Numbered from the stretch's first letter, positions 30,639 to 38,906 are shown. The stretch: DNA of 64,000 bases from Candidatus Dojkabacteria bacterium (GCA_016927995.1 JAFGLO010000008.1:2074-66073), one strand, 5' to 3'. Numbers and translations are program-made. The notes: generated by a model not told the origin, from the letters alone.

Positions 30639-31893
30639 ACTTGGGTCTACTAAGTGCCAATATCATACAGAATAAAAATATTCCGGTCGGTATTGTTAGA
30701 AAATAGTGATCAAACAAACCAATAACTATCACAAAAAGTAATGTAAATAAAGTCTTTGGATTTTGTTTTAGAAGCTGCAACCGAGTGGAAATAAACCCCG
30801 CTATCAATACCCCCCAGCCTATACAGAATACGCCATATTCTACAATTATCGAAAGCAATATGTTGTGAATTGGCTGAATAAAATATGTACCGGTTTTTTG
30901 AATTATTGGGTCAATAGAAGACAGATCAAGAAATCCCGTAATACCCGTGCCAAGAAGTGATTTGGGAAGGTTCGAAGTAAAATGTAAAAGGGCTTGGTCG
31001 ACTTGTTCTATCCTAATTCGCACAAAATCGGCACTTGTGTATACCCCCACCCCTATTACTGCCGTGGCTGTGAGTGTAAGAAGAAGTAACAATACACCGT
31101 GATATCTATTGGAAGTAAGCTTTAGTATCCAGTAAAGTACAAGTAAGAAAATTCCTGCTTTTGATAAGGTTAGGCAAATAATTATACTGCAGATAATTCT
31201 TATAACCGAAGAAAATGTTTTGGAATATGTTGTTTTGTCACTAATGATTAACGTGAATAAAGATAATCCGGCAAGTACGTTAGGATGGGATAAAAATCCA
31301 TAACCTCTAACGATAAATATGTCCTTAATAGACAGGGCGGCTATATCTATCGCAGTTTTATCGATAATAGACTCTCCTATTATGTTTAGTCCAAGCGAAT
31401 GACGGAAAACAACCTGATAGAGCGCTACAATTAAGTTTAAACAAAGCATAGGAAATAATCCGAATTTAACGGCAATTCCGATTTCTTTTTTTGAATATGT
31501 GTTTGATATTGAAAAAGCTGTAATCAAATATAGGATATATTTTAATGTATAACTTAGTGCCGGGTATGAAAAATGTACCGCCAGGGGTATACAAAGCGCA
31601 ACAAGGATAAGGGCTATGGGCGTTGAAAGCCTTTTCTTGAATGCGATGTATATTGTTATAAGAAGGCAAAGAATGTCGATTATGTGGATTGTGGGAATTT
31701 TGTAATAAATTAACCTTCCATTTATATATGAATCAGGTGAGATAAAGTGGTAAGCAATATTGAATCCAAGTGAGAATAGAAGGCTTGAAAGAATTGCAAT
31801 ATTAAGATTCTTGGTTTTTATATATGAAATAACGGCAGGTAAAACAACAAGAATACAGATTAATGATAATTTTAATAGGAAGTGTATATTCAT
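30625..31893 (-). CDS. polytopic membrane protein, O-antigen ligase/polymerase (Wzy_C)-like
   Basis: 422 aa with more than 10 hydrophobic helices and a larger loop near the C-terminal third. Sits in a glycosyltransferase neighbourhood. The family call rests on architecture and context only. Confidence 0.45.
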   Translation of the reverse strand: MNIHFLLKLSLICILVVLPAVISYIKTKNLNIAILSSLLFSLGFNIAYHFISPDSYINGRLIYYKIPTIHIIDILCLLITIYIAFKKRLSTPIALILVALCIPLAVHFSYPALSYTLKYILYLITAFSISNTYSKKEIGIAVKFGLFPMLCLNLIVALYQVVFRHSLGLNIIGESIIDKTAIDIAALSIKDIFIVRGYGFLSHPNVLAGLSLFTLIISDKTTYSKTFSSVIRIICSIIICLTLSKAGIFLLVLYWILKLTSNRYHGVLLLLLTLTATAVIGVGVYTSADFVRIRIEQVDQALLHFTSNLPKSLLGTGITGFLDLSSIDPIIQKTGTYFIQPIHNILLSIIVEYGVFCIGWGVLIAGFISTRLQLLKQNPKTLFTLLFVIVIGLFDHYFLTIPTGIFLFCMILALSRPKFIER

Positions 31894-32007
31894 GACCTAT
31901 TTTAGCTTTTATCAACCTACTTGACAAAGGTGAGTAAGGGTTATTATAATTGGTTAGCACTCGGACGTAATGAGTGCCAAGATGTATTTAATTTAATTTC
32001 TAAAGTT

Positions 32008-32412
32008 ATGAATAGAATCTCGGTTTGGAACCCTTGGAGCATGATATCTCCCTGGGAGTGGGACGATGAGGATTTCCCACAAAATCTTCCTCCTATGAAT
32101 ATTGTCGATAAGGGTGATACTCTTGAAGTAAAGATTCAGATTCCCGGTTTCGATAAGGAGAATGTAAAAATTACCGTTGAAAACACAAAACTCGTAGTTT
32201 CCGGTGAGGTTAAAAAAGAAACAAAGGAAGAAAATAAGCAGGAAAAGTTCTTTAGGCACGAAATCCAAAACAGATCGTTTAGTAGATCTTGTTCACTTCC
32301 TACGGAGGTGGATTCCGAAAAGGCCAAGGCTACGTTCAAAAATGGTGAACTCATTGTTGAACTTCCCAAGGTCGCCAAAGTTAAACCTAGAGAAATAAAT
32401 ATTATTGAGTAG
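32008..32412 (+). CDS. Hsp20/alpha-crystallin family small heat shock protein
   Basis: Likely start at MNRISVWNPW (32008); the track begins at 31921. ACD signature: DKGDTLEVKIQIPGFDKENVKITVENTKLVVSGEVKKE...FFRHEIQNRSFSRSCSLP...AKATFKNGELIVELPK. Confidence 0.8.
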   Translation: MNRISVWNPWSMISPWEWDDEDFPQNLPPMNIVDKGDTLEVKIQIPGFDKENVKITVENTKLVVSGEVKKETKEENKQEKFFRHEIQNRSFSRSCSLPTEVDSEKAKATFKNGELIVELPKVAKVKPREINIIE

Positions 32413-32505
32413 CTCGCGATTTCACCTTACGCGGGCTTTGTTCGCCAGGACGTGAACAAAGTTGTGCCAAAGCTCAACTAAAAAGTTAATTAATTCTTAC
32501 TCCCC

Positions 32506-32532
32506 ACTGTCCCCCGACGGCCGTCGGGGGAC
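32506..32532 (+). terminator. GC-rich perfect palindrome (TGTCCCCCGACGG/CCGTCGGGGGACA) downstream of hsp20
   Basis: 13+13 bp perfect inverted repeat in an AT-rich intergenic region. No clear T-tract, so it may be a bidirectional terminator or protein-binding palindrome. A second 8 bp stem (CTTTGTTC...GAACAAAG) lies at about 32436-32470. Confidence 0.4.
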
Positions 32533-32601
32533 ATACCTCAGTAGCATTGTTTATTGTATAACCGTGTAGATATGCAACCCTAACTTTGTTATTATTAACT
32601 T

Positions 32602-32826
32602 ATGAAGCTTAGTATAAAAGTTGTTCCAAAATCCTCTTGCAATAAGGTTATTCCACAACCCGATGGATCCTTAAAGGTAAAGGTAACGGCGCCACCCGAT
32701 AAAGGCGAGGCAAATAAGGCTGTTTTGGACCTTTTGGCAAAGTACTTTAATATTGCAAAGTCGCAGATTGCTATTTCAAGGGGTGAAACTTCAAGGAAAA
32801 AGGAAGTAGTAATATTAAGGAATTAG
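32602..32826 (+). CDS. DUF167/YggU-family small protein
   Basis: 74 aa: MKLSIKVVPKSSCNKVIPQPDGSLKVKVTAPPDKGEANKAVLDLLAKYFNIAKSQIAISRGETSRKKEVVI, typical of UPF0235/DUF167. Confidence 0.6.
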   Translation: MKLSIKVVPKSSCNKVIPQPDGSLKVKVTAPPDKGEANKAVLDLLAKYFNIAKSQIAISRGETSRKKEVVILRN

Positions 32827-33026
32827 GTCCTTGAGTTCAAAGGCAATTGTGGGCTGTTTACAAAGAATATGCGCCCATTTGCCTGCCCGCCTACGGAGGG
32901 GACTTGAACCCGAGCCGCATGATACCGATAAGGCGAGATATTATAAAGCAGGATGATTATTAAGGAATTAGGTCCTTGAGTTCAAAGGCAATTGTGGTCT
33001 GTTTACAAAGGATATGCGCCCACTTG
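32814..33026. repeat. two direct copies of a ~65 bp segment (32814-32882 and 32958-33026) flanking a decayed tRNA-like fragment
   Basis: Both copies read TTAAGGAATTAGGTCCTTGAGTTCAAAGGCAATTGTGG[G/T]CTGTTTACAAAG[A/G]ATATGCGCCCA. Each ends in the tRNA acceptor 3' end (TGCGCCCA complement). Copy 1 overlaps the stop of the DUF167 gene. Confidence 0.7.
32868..32955 (-). pseudogene. degenerate tRNA-like fragment (decayed duplicate of the adjacent tRNA)
   Basis: Minus-strand sequence retains a T-arm-like GGGTTCAAGTCCC and an anticodon-loop remnant CTTTATAA (intact copy has CTTATAA). No acceptor or T stem can be paired, so it is not a functional cloverleaf. Confidence 0.35.
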
Positions 33027-33088
33027 GACTTGAACCAAGGACCCCCGCTTTATAAGAACGGTGCTCTAACCACCTGAGCTATGGGCGC
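33015..33088 (-). tRNA. tRNA, anticodon UAU (Ile-type reading AUA); 74 nt, no encoded CCA
   Basis: Minus-strand sequence GCGCCCA-TA-GCTC-AGGTGGTTA-GAGC-A-CCGTT-CTTATAA-AGCGG-GGGTC-CTTGG-TTCAAGT-CCAAG-TGGGCGC-A folds as a canonical cloverleaf. Acceptor stem is 7 bp, with U8, U33, A37 and a TTCAAGT T-loop. Anticodon positions 34-36 read TAT. Confidence 0.75.
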
Positions 33089-33112
33089 ACAATTAACGGT
33101 TAGCACATAATT

Positions 33113-33619
33113 TTACTTGTTTTGCGAACATTTCTCAAGAGCCGTTAAAAATGATTTATAGGAGGTTTCAGAAAACCTTACAATAAAGTAGACGTCAACA
33201 GAAGCTCGTTTTGAGGCGGTTGGGACCAAGATTCCGGTTGTCTCGAATATTGGAGCACAAAAATGAGTTTTATCACTAGTTATTATTGTTGTCGTTTGGG
33301 AGTAAAGCATATGGGCTGCTCCAAGTAATAAATCACCTAAACCAACACTGTTTTTATCGGACTTATGAAAGTGTATGTACATTTGAGTTAGTGTAATCAC
33401 GTTTTTTAGTTTCTTTTTTAGAATATCGGGATGTAAGATTGTTTTAATAAAAGGGACTTCCTTTATAAAATCTTCCTTTGTTTTAAGTATCATTGGCAAG
33501 AAGGTATCGCGAACATATTCAATATGAACAAACTCGTCTATTAAGAAGTGTGTTGAGTTGGCTTTAATTAGTGGAGTCAGTTCGGTAAGAAAATCAGGAT
33601 CTTGTTGAAGGTGAGTCAA
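33113..33619 (-). CDS. PIN-domain ribonuclease-like protein (toxin candidate), start uncertain
   Basis: PIN acidic-residue pattern: IDEFVHIEY (Glu) and GDLLLGAAHMLYSQTTTIITSDKTHF (D...T.D). The track start is TTG at 33619, but the conserved N-terminal PIN motif NVFVDTNFL lies in-frame immediately upstream (to a stop at 33683-85) with no ATG/GTG/TTG. Either a non-canonical start (ATT 33680-82) is used or the N-terminus is lost. Confidence 0.5.
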   Translation of the reverse strand: MTHLQQDPDFLTELTPLIKANSTHFLIDEFVHIEYVRDTFLPMILKTKEDFIKEVPFIKTILHPDILKKKLKNVITLTQMYIHFHKSDKNSVGLGDLLLGAAHMLYSQTTTIITSDKTHFCAPIFETTGILVPTASKRASVDVYFIVRFSETSYKSFLTALEKCSQNK

Positions 33620-33677
33620 AAAGTTTGTATCAACAAAAACATTACCAAAGCAACCGTCAGGTATATCATGAAATAGT

Positions 33678-33842
33678 TTAATCTATTCTATACTTCTTGC
33701 GGAGAGCCTTCCCTTCTTTTATTATTTTTACTAGTCGTTTGAGTGTGTCATTGGTAAATTTTTCGGTGGAAGGTCTAACATAAGGAAGTCGCTCTATTTT
33801 GAAAATCTTTGTTACTTTAGCAGTATTTATCCTCTTCTTCAT
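33678..33842 (-). CDS. small basic protein upstream of PIN gene (antitoxin candidate)
   Basis: 54 aa: MKKRINTAKVTKIFKIERLPYVRPSTEKFTNDTLKRLVKIIKEGKALRKKYRID. Its stop (33678-80) overlaps the extended PIN reading frame, an arrangement typical of type II TA pairs. No family recognised. Confidence 0.35.
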   Translation of the reverse strand: MKKRINTAKVTKIFKIERLPYVRPSTEKFTNDTLKRLVKIIKEGKALRKKYRID

Positions 33843-33875
33843 GATTCATAATACCACAAGAATTTTCCATTCGCT

Positions 33876-33910
33876 GGTACCTAGAATGACGTCATGTCAT
33901 TCTAGGTACC
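33876..33910. promoter_or_regulatory. 35 bp perfect palindrome GGTACCTAGAATGAC-gtcat-GTCATTCTAGGTACC
   Basis: 15 bp arms, 5 nt centre. Sits about 35 bp upstream of the small ORF ATG (33842) and just downstream of the 33954-34691 gene end. Candidate TA operator and/or bidirectional terminator. Confidence 0.4.
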
Positions 33911-33953
33911 AAGGTTGCTGTAGAAACGTGTACCTTAAGCAGGTATTCTCAAG

Positions 33954-34691
33954 CTAGTCCTCGTAATTAACGATATAGTTAATTTTCTGGTTTTCCACTA
34001 CAGCATCGATTTCATATTCTTCGCCCATATAGGTCATAACGAGCTCGACATTAATCTTTGAAGGAAATTCGTATACAACTTTATTTAGAAGCTCTGTTTT
34101 CTTGTCTATATAAAAGGTGACGACAAGATCTCCGCTAAAGTCAAATTTTGTAGTTATGTCATTTTTGGAGATAGCCTCAACGCCAGATACAAATCCATTA
34201 ATAAAGTCATCTTCATAATCTTTAAAAAGATCCTTGAATTTGTCTGATCCTTCAACAATTGTATATGAATATACCCATTCGTCGGTTGTTGATTTCTCGG
34301 ACTTTAACTCTTTTGTACCGAAAGGAAAGGATTTTCCTTTAAGTTCTTCTGCAATAGCAACAAGTACAGGCTCGTCCCATTCTGTAGTATCTCCTTCGAG
34401 CTCGTATTCTTTGTTTTCGACGTCAACAGTCATTGTATATGAGTCGCCAAGGTCAACTGAAGATGTTTCTCCGGCTATGGTTGTTTTCGTGGTTCCTTTG
34501 GTTTCGACCTTAACGGAAAAGTCGTCGACATCACCGGTAAACTCGAGCTTACTGAACTCGGTGACGGCTTTTTTAAATGTATTATAAGGCTTGTGCATGG
34601 CCAAATAATAATATGCTCCACCACCAAGTAGAGCTAAACCGCCGAGCAAAAGGAATGCTACAACGATTAATCCTAAAACCTTTTTATTCAT
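33954..34691 (-). CDS. membrane-anchored extracytoplasmic protein, paralog family member A
   Basis: 245 aa. N-terminal anchor MNKKVLGLIVVAFLLLGGLALLGGGAYYYL followed by an acidic beta-rich domain. Shares architecture and N-terminal motifs with the 37105 and 37996 genes. Confidence 0.5.
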   Translation of the reverse strand: MNKKVLGLIVVAFLLLGGLALLGGGAYYYLAMHKPYNTFKKAVTEFSKLEFTGDVDDFSVKVETKGTTKTTIAGETSSVDLGDSYTMTVDVENKEYELEGDTTEWDEPVLVAIAEELKGKSFPFGTKELKSEKSTTDEWVYSYTIVEGSDKFKDLFKDYEDDFINGFVSGVEAISKNDITTKFDFSGDLVVTFYIDKKTELLNKVVYEFPSKINVELVMTYMGEEYEIDAVVENQKINYIVNYED

Positions 34692-34828
34692 TTAGGTTTT
34701 ATTAAATTAGTTTCTAGAATTATAAACTATATGAGCGTTTTTATCAATTATTTAACCTTGACTATTCCCTTTTTAAGATGGATACTTGTGCGCACCACAA
34801 ATAATATAACATAGTAACATCTATACCG

Positions 34829-35728
34829 ATGACCAAAATAAGAAAGGCAATAATAACAGCAGCGGGCCGAGGCACAAGGTTTTTGCCGGTGTCAAAAGCA
34901 TTCCAAAAGGAAATGGTTCCCATAATGAATAAACCTCAGCTCCAATGGGTAATAGAAGAGGCACTGGACTCGGGAATAACTGATATTGCTGTTGTTGTAC
35001 GTGAAGGCGTTGAAACATTTAAAAATTACCTTAACTACTCGCGATCGCTTTGGCGATTTTTGAAAGACTCAAACAAAGAACATCTAATGGAAAGCTGGGT
35101 TAATCTCAAACACGAAGCCAAGATAACTTTGTTTTATCAGAAGAACACTGATCCATACGGGAATGGTACTCCTTTTATTTTGGCAAGAAAATTTATAAAG
35201 GATGAGCCGTTTGTTGCAATGTGGGGTGACGATATTATTGTAAAAACTGACGAAAAGAAACCCTCTTGTATTCAACACCTAATTAATTATTATGAAAAAT
35301 ATGACCCCATTGCTGTTCTATCGGCTAAAAAGGTTAAAAGGTCCGAAATTTCAAGATACGGGAGTTACGAATACTTCAAACGTAGTGAATCTAAAATTCC
35401 TTTTCACGTTAAACGTGTTGTAGAAAAACCAAATCCGGAAGAGGCTCCGTCGCTTTATGCCAATGCTTGCAGATTTATCCTTACACCCACAGTTATGGAG
35501 GAACTCTTAAAGAAGATTCCAGGAAAAGATAACGAGCTTTGGCTTACCGACGCTGTCGAGCGTTTAGTTGCCCGTGGAGAAACTGTTTTAGCAGTTCCCT
35601 TTCCAGGAAATGAGTGGATTCCTGTTGGTGATCCAATTAACTGGCTTAGGGCCAATATTGTGCTTTCAGTGAATAAGCCGGAGTATCGGACTGACGTGAT
35701 TAATATTCTGCGAAGTATAAAGTACTAA
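34829..35728 (+). CDS. UTP-glucose-1-phosphate uridylyltransferase-like sugar nucleotidyltransferase
   Basis: 299 aa. N-terminal KAIITAAGRGTRFLPVSKAFQKEMVPIMNKPQLQWVIEEA matches the GalU/NTP-transferase G-x-G-T-R-x-L-P motif. Confidence 0.7.
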   Translation: MTKIRKAIITAAGRGTRFLPVSKAFQKEMVPIMNKPQLQWVIEEALDSGITDIAVVVREGVETFKNYLNYSRSLWRFLKDSNKEHLMESWVNLKHEAKITLFYQKNTDPYGNGTPFILARKFIKDEPFVAMWGDDIIVKTDEKKPSCIQHLINYYEKYDPIAVLSAKKVKRSEISRYGSYEYFKRSESKIPFHVKRVVEKPNPEEAPSLYANACRFILTPTVMEELLKKIPGKDNELWLTDAVERLVARGETVLAVPFPGNEWIPVGDPINWLRANIVLSVNKPEYRTDVINILRSIKY

Positions 35729-37053
35729 TTAAGCACTGCGACATCAACCGGCAGATATTCACGGACATTTTGCGGACTAATGGTAACTTGAGCTACCCCA
35801 CTTTCTACTATTTGCCTTGCAGCATGTCTGCAGATTTTGGTGACGTTTCGTTCGAGCTGACGGATTCCTGCATCAAACCCGATTGGTCTTACAATTTGTG
35901 GCCACACATCTTCAGTAAATACAACCTGCTGGGTGTTTAACCCAAGCGATTCTAATACCCTTGGGAGTAGATAGTTTTTACCGATAACGATCTTTTCCTC
36001 GTCGGAATAACTTGTAAACCGGATTGTTTCAAGTCTATCCAAAAGCGCTGTAGATATGGTTCCGGTGGTATTAGCCGTTGTAATAAAGAATACTTGTGAA
36101 AGATCGATTGGATGGTCAATGTAATAGTCAACGAAATGTGAGTTTTGTTGTGGATCAAGAATTTCCAACAAGACTGCCATCATGTCGCTTCTTAAACCTT
36201 CGTGTCCACTTGTTTTGTCAATCTCGTCAAGTAATATAACGGGGTTCATAGATCCTGTTCTTTGTAGTGCTTTAATAATAAAACCCGGATCTGCATCAAG
36301 CTTTGATCGTGGAATGCCGCGAAGCTCGGACACACTTCCAAGTGCGCCCATGGGTATACGAGTAAACTTTCGACCAAGTGCTTGAGCAATTGATTTTGCC
36401 ATTGTGGTTTTTCCAACACCCTGTAGTCCTACAAAACAAAGTATTGGAGCATTGCCGGATGCACCTTTTAGCTTAGATTCGTCAATTCGGGAACTGGTCT
36501 GCGAACTCGGCATCTCATTGTTAACGGAATCAAACGATTGTTGGGCTGGGATAGTTAGTTGAGTTTTACGCCATGCAACTTCCTGCTGGATCGGTTGGGC
36601 AGCAGACCAAGGATCTGACTGTTGTAATGACGGAGGCGTTTCTTGGCTGACTTGCGCTTGTGTCAATACTTGAGTATCTGTAACAGGTGTATTTGTTTGT
36701 TGCGGTGATTGATAACTTTCCTTTAGTTTCATTACAGCTAAATAGTCCAGAATCATTTGTTTAACCCCTTCCATCCCATGGTGATTTTTGTCCATAAGTT
36801 GTTTGGCGGCTGTAAGGTCAATGGTATCTTTTGTAAAGATTGTCCAGGGAATAGAGTTTATTTGTTCGATATATTTTGAAACGACTTCAAATTCTGCCGA
36901 ATAGCTACCAAAACGGGCCATACGCTCAAGTCGTTCAATCATTCGGGAGATTCGATCTTTAAGTTTTTCCGGAATGGTTGGTGTAGCCGAAGCTTTCTTT
37001 AATTCTTCGATCTCTTCTATTATTGCTTGTGTTTGTTGGGCAGTGTCATACAT
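35725..37053 (-). CDS. Lon-like AAA+ ATPase module lacking the S16 protease domain and the N-terminal substrate domain
   Basis: 442 aa. Homology to Lon spans the long-helix region (SAEFEVVSKYIEQINSIPW...HHGMEGVKQMILDYLAV), Walker A GLQGVGKTTMAKSIAQALGRKFTRIPMG..ELRG, Walker B VILLDEIDK, sensor region TANTTGTISTALLDRLETIRFTSYSDEEK and the alpha-subdomain GIRQLERNVTKICRHAA. The ORF stops where the Lon linker/protease domain would begin. An ~90 aa Q/S/T/P-rich low-complexity insert precedes Walker A. Confidence 0.7.
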   Translation of the reverse strand: MYDTAQQTQAIIEEIEELKKASATPTIPEKLKDRISRMIERLERMARFGSYSAEFEVVSKYIEQINSIPWTIFTKDTIDLTAAKQLMDKNHHGMEGVKQMILDYLAVMKLKESYQSPQQTNTPVTDTQVLTQAQVSQETPPSLQQSDPWSAAQPIQQEVAWRKTQLTIPAQQSFDSVNNEMPSSQTSSRIDESKLKGASGNAPILCFVGLQGVGKTTMAKSIAQALGRKFTRIPMGALGSVSELRGIPRSKLDADPGFIIKALQRTGSMNPVILLDEIDKTSGHEGLRSDMMAVLLEILDPQQNSHFVDYYIDHPIDLSQVFFITTANTTGTISTALLDRLETIRFTSYSDEEKIVIGKNYLLPRVLESLGLNTQQVVFTEDVWPQIVRPIGFDAGIRQLERNVTKICRHAARQIVESGVAQVTISPQNVREYLPVDVAVLN

Positions 37054-37104
37054 ATTAATAAAGTCTACTTGATTTCGGTGCGAAGATCAATTGTACTTTA
37101 GATC

Positions 37105-37968
37105 TTATTCAGGAATTTCAACGTCAACAGAAACATTTGTTTCTAATATTTTTGAGGTTGATACTGATTTGTAAGTCATTTTATATGAAACTCCATCCTC
37201 CTCTTGAGTTCCTATTGTCTCTACGTTCAGATCGCGTTGACAAGGAGTTCCATCCTTTAATAGCCAAAATGTAAGCTCTGCTGTTACAATGGCTTCCATT
37301 CCGCCAGATTCGAAATACTCTTTCATATAATAAATGTCATAGTCATCCGAAAGATCATTGATTACGTCTACATCTGTAACAACAAATTTGTAAACCTTTT
37401 TGCCGTCTAGTTCAACAGTTGATACTTCCATGTCTTCTATATCAATTTCCGAAATTGATTCCCAAATTTCCCATCTGTCATCGAACCAGTTAGTAAGGGT
37501 TTCTTCTTCAACGGTTACAGCGTTATTAATATATCCAAGGTTGTTTTCTGTAAAAGCATCCTCGCCCTCATTCTTTACATAGAAATCAGTATCCTCAATG
37601 TAGATTTCAGAATTGTAATCATTGTCATACACTAGTTCATCGGGATCGTTAGTTTCATTTTTGTCATTTGCAGTTAAAACAATATAAGCCATTTTGTGTG
37701 TTACGTCCTCTTCTATTTCGAGACTAGTTGTATTTTCGTATGTCAGGTAAAGTTCGGTTCCGTTACTAAGTTCCGATTTAAGGGAGTTGTAAGCTTCGGA
37801 GCTGCCTTTTAGGGTTTCAATTTTTTCTAGTTGAGTTGGTATATTGGCTAATGCCTTTTTCGGAGTAGACCTAAATACAAAGTACCAAATAGCTAAGCCA
37901 GTAGCAGAAGCAGTACAAAGCAGAAATATTCCAATGAGTGCAACGACGGTTAGTGTTTTTTTGTTCAT
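37105..37968 (-). CDS. membrane-anchored extracytoplasmic protein, paralog family member B
   Basis: 287 aa. N-terminal anchor (VVALIGIFLLCTASATGLAIWYFVF) plus acidic domain. In tandem with member C. Confidence 0.5.
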   Translation of the reverse strand: MNKKTLTVVALIGIFLLCTASATGLAIWYFVFRSTPKKALANIPTQLEKIETLKGSSEAYNSLKSELSNGTELYLTYENTTSLEIEEDVTHKMAYIVLTANDKNETNDPDELVYDNDYNSEIYIEDTDFYVKNEGEDAFTENNLGYINNAVTVEEETLTNWFDDRWEIWESISEIDIEDMEVSTVELDGKKVYKFVVTDVDVINDLSDDYDIYYMKEYFESGGMEAIVTAELTFWLLKDGTPCQRDLNVETIGTQEEDGVSYKMTYKSVSTSKILETNVSVDVEIPE

Positions 37969-37995
37969 TAATGTTTTTTAAAATTTAAAAGTTCA

Positions 37996-38829
37996 TTATT
38001 TAACTCCTTCAGGAATTGTGACGTTGGTTTTATTAATACCACTTGCAACAATATTGAAAATAAGTTTGGAATTTGAATATTGACCATCATCAAAGTCAAT
38101 TTCGGAGGAAACTTCAACGTAGATTTCAACGGGCATCCCATTGGTTCCAATCCAAAGTGTAAGTTTGGCAGATACATCTGAATCTTCTCCCGATACAATT
38201 TCTGATAACTTCTCTGAGATAACGGCTTCTATTAGCTCCTTGTCGGTGGTTTCATACTTATAAGTTCGAACTCCATTGTGATCTTCCTTTTGTATAAATG
38301 TGAATTTGTCTGTGTTATCTTTTACGGCATGAAGGAATGTTCCAAGCCAAGTTTCCTGAAAGTATTTTTCGAGTCCGGCCTCGTTTTCATAGAGAATTTG
38401 CGAAACATCACCAAGTTCATTTTTACCAAAGATTGTCTCGTCGTCGGTTTTTGAATAAAAGGTACTGTCTTCAATATAGACTTCCCCTTTGAGTGTTTCG
38501 GTTTCATCATTTGTTGTAAGACTTGCGTCGAGATCGATATATGCCTTTTTGTTTTTGTAGTCATCCTTTGCAAGTTGGCTTAGTATAAGCTCGGATTTAT
38601 ATGTGCGTTCGGTCCCATCTTCGAGATATTTTGATTCAATAAAGTGACTTCGCTTTACTAAGAATTCTGCACTGTTAATTGTTTCGAGTTTGTCGTTAAG
38701 TTTGCTCAGTGCCGTCTCGGGGGTTACCCTCAGAAAAAAGTACCAGATAGCAAAACCGCCGCCGCCAACAATCAAAAGGCCCAAAATTACCGCGATTTCG
38801 ATTCCAACAAAAAGTGAAGATTTCTTCAT
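37996..38829 (-). CDS. membrane-anchored extracytoplasmic protein, paralog family member C
   Basis: 277 aa. N-terminal anchor (VGIEIAVILGLLIVGGGGFAIWYFFL). Shares AIWYF and similar KLETI..ELYLTYEN-like segments with member B. Confidence 0.5.
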   Translation of the reverse strand: MKKSSLFVGIEIAVILGLLIVGGGGFAIWYFFLRVTPETALSKLNDKLETINSAEFLVKRSHFIESKYLEDGTERTYKSELILSQLAKDDYKNKKAYIDLDASLTTNDETETLKGEVYIEDSTFYSKTDDETIFGKNELGDVSQILYENEAGLEKYFQETWLGTFLHAVKDNTDKFTFIQKEDHNGVRTYKYETTDKELIEAVISEKLSEIVSGEDSDVSAKLTLWIGTNGMPVEIYVEVSSEIDFDDGQYSNSKLIFNIVASGINKTNVTIPEGVK

Positions 38830-38906
38830 TTTTTTAAGTTGAACTTATTTAAGATATATAGCTAAAGTTTATCATAGTTGTTTTGGTAGGTAAATTGTGG
38901 TTAATG

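Noticed and set aside
33015-33088. Alternative reading of the tRNA as tRNA-His with G-1
   Set aside because: A register with an extra 5' G also pairs. However the D-stem/U8 positions and the anticodon (UAU, not GUG) fit the 74-nt register given, so a His identity is rejected.
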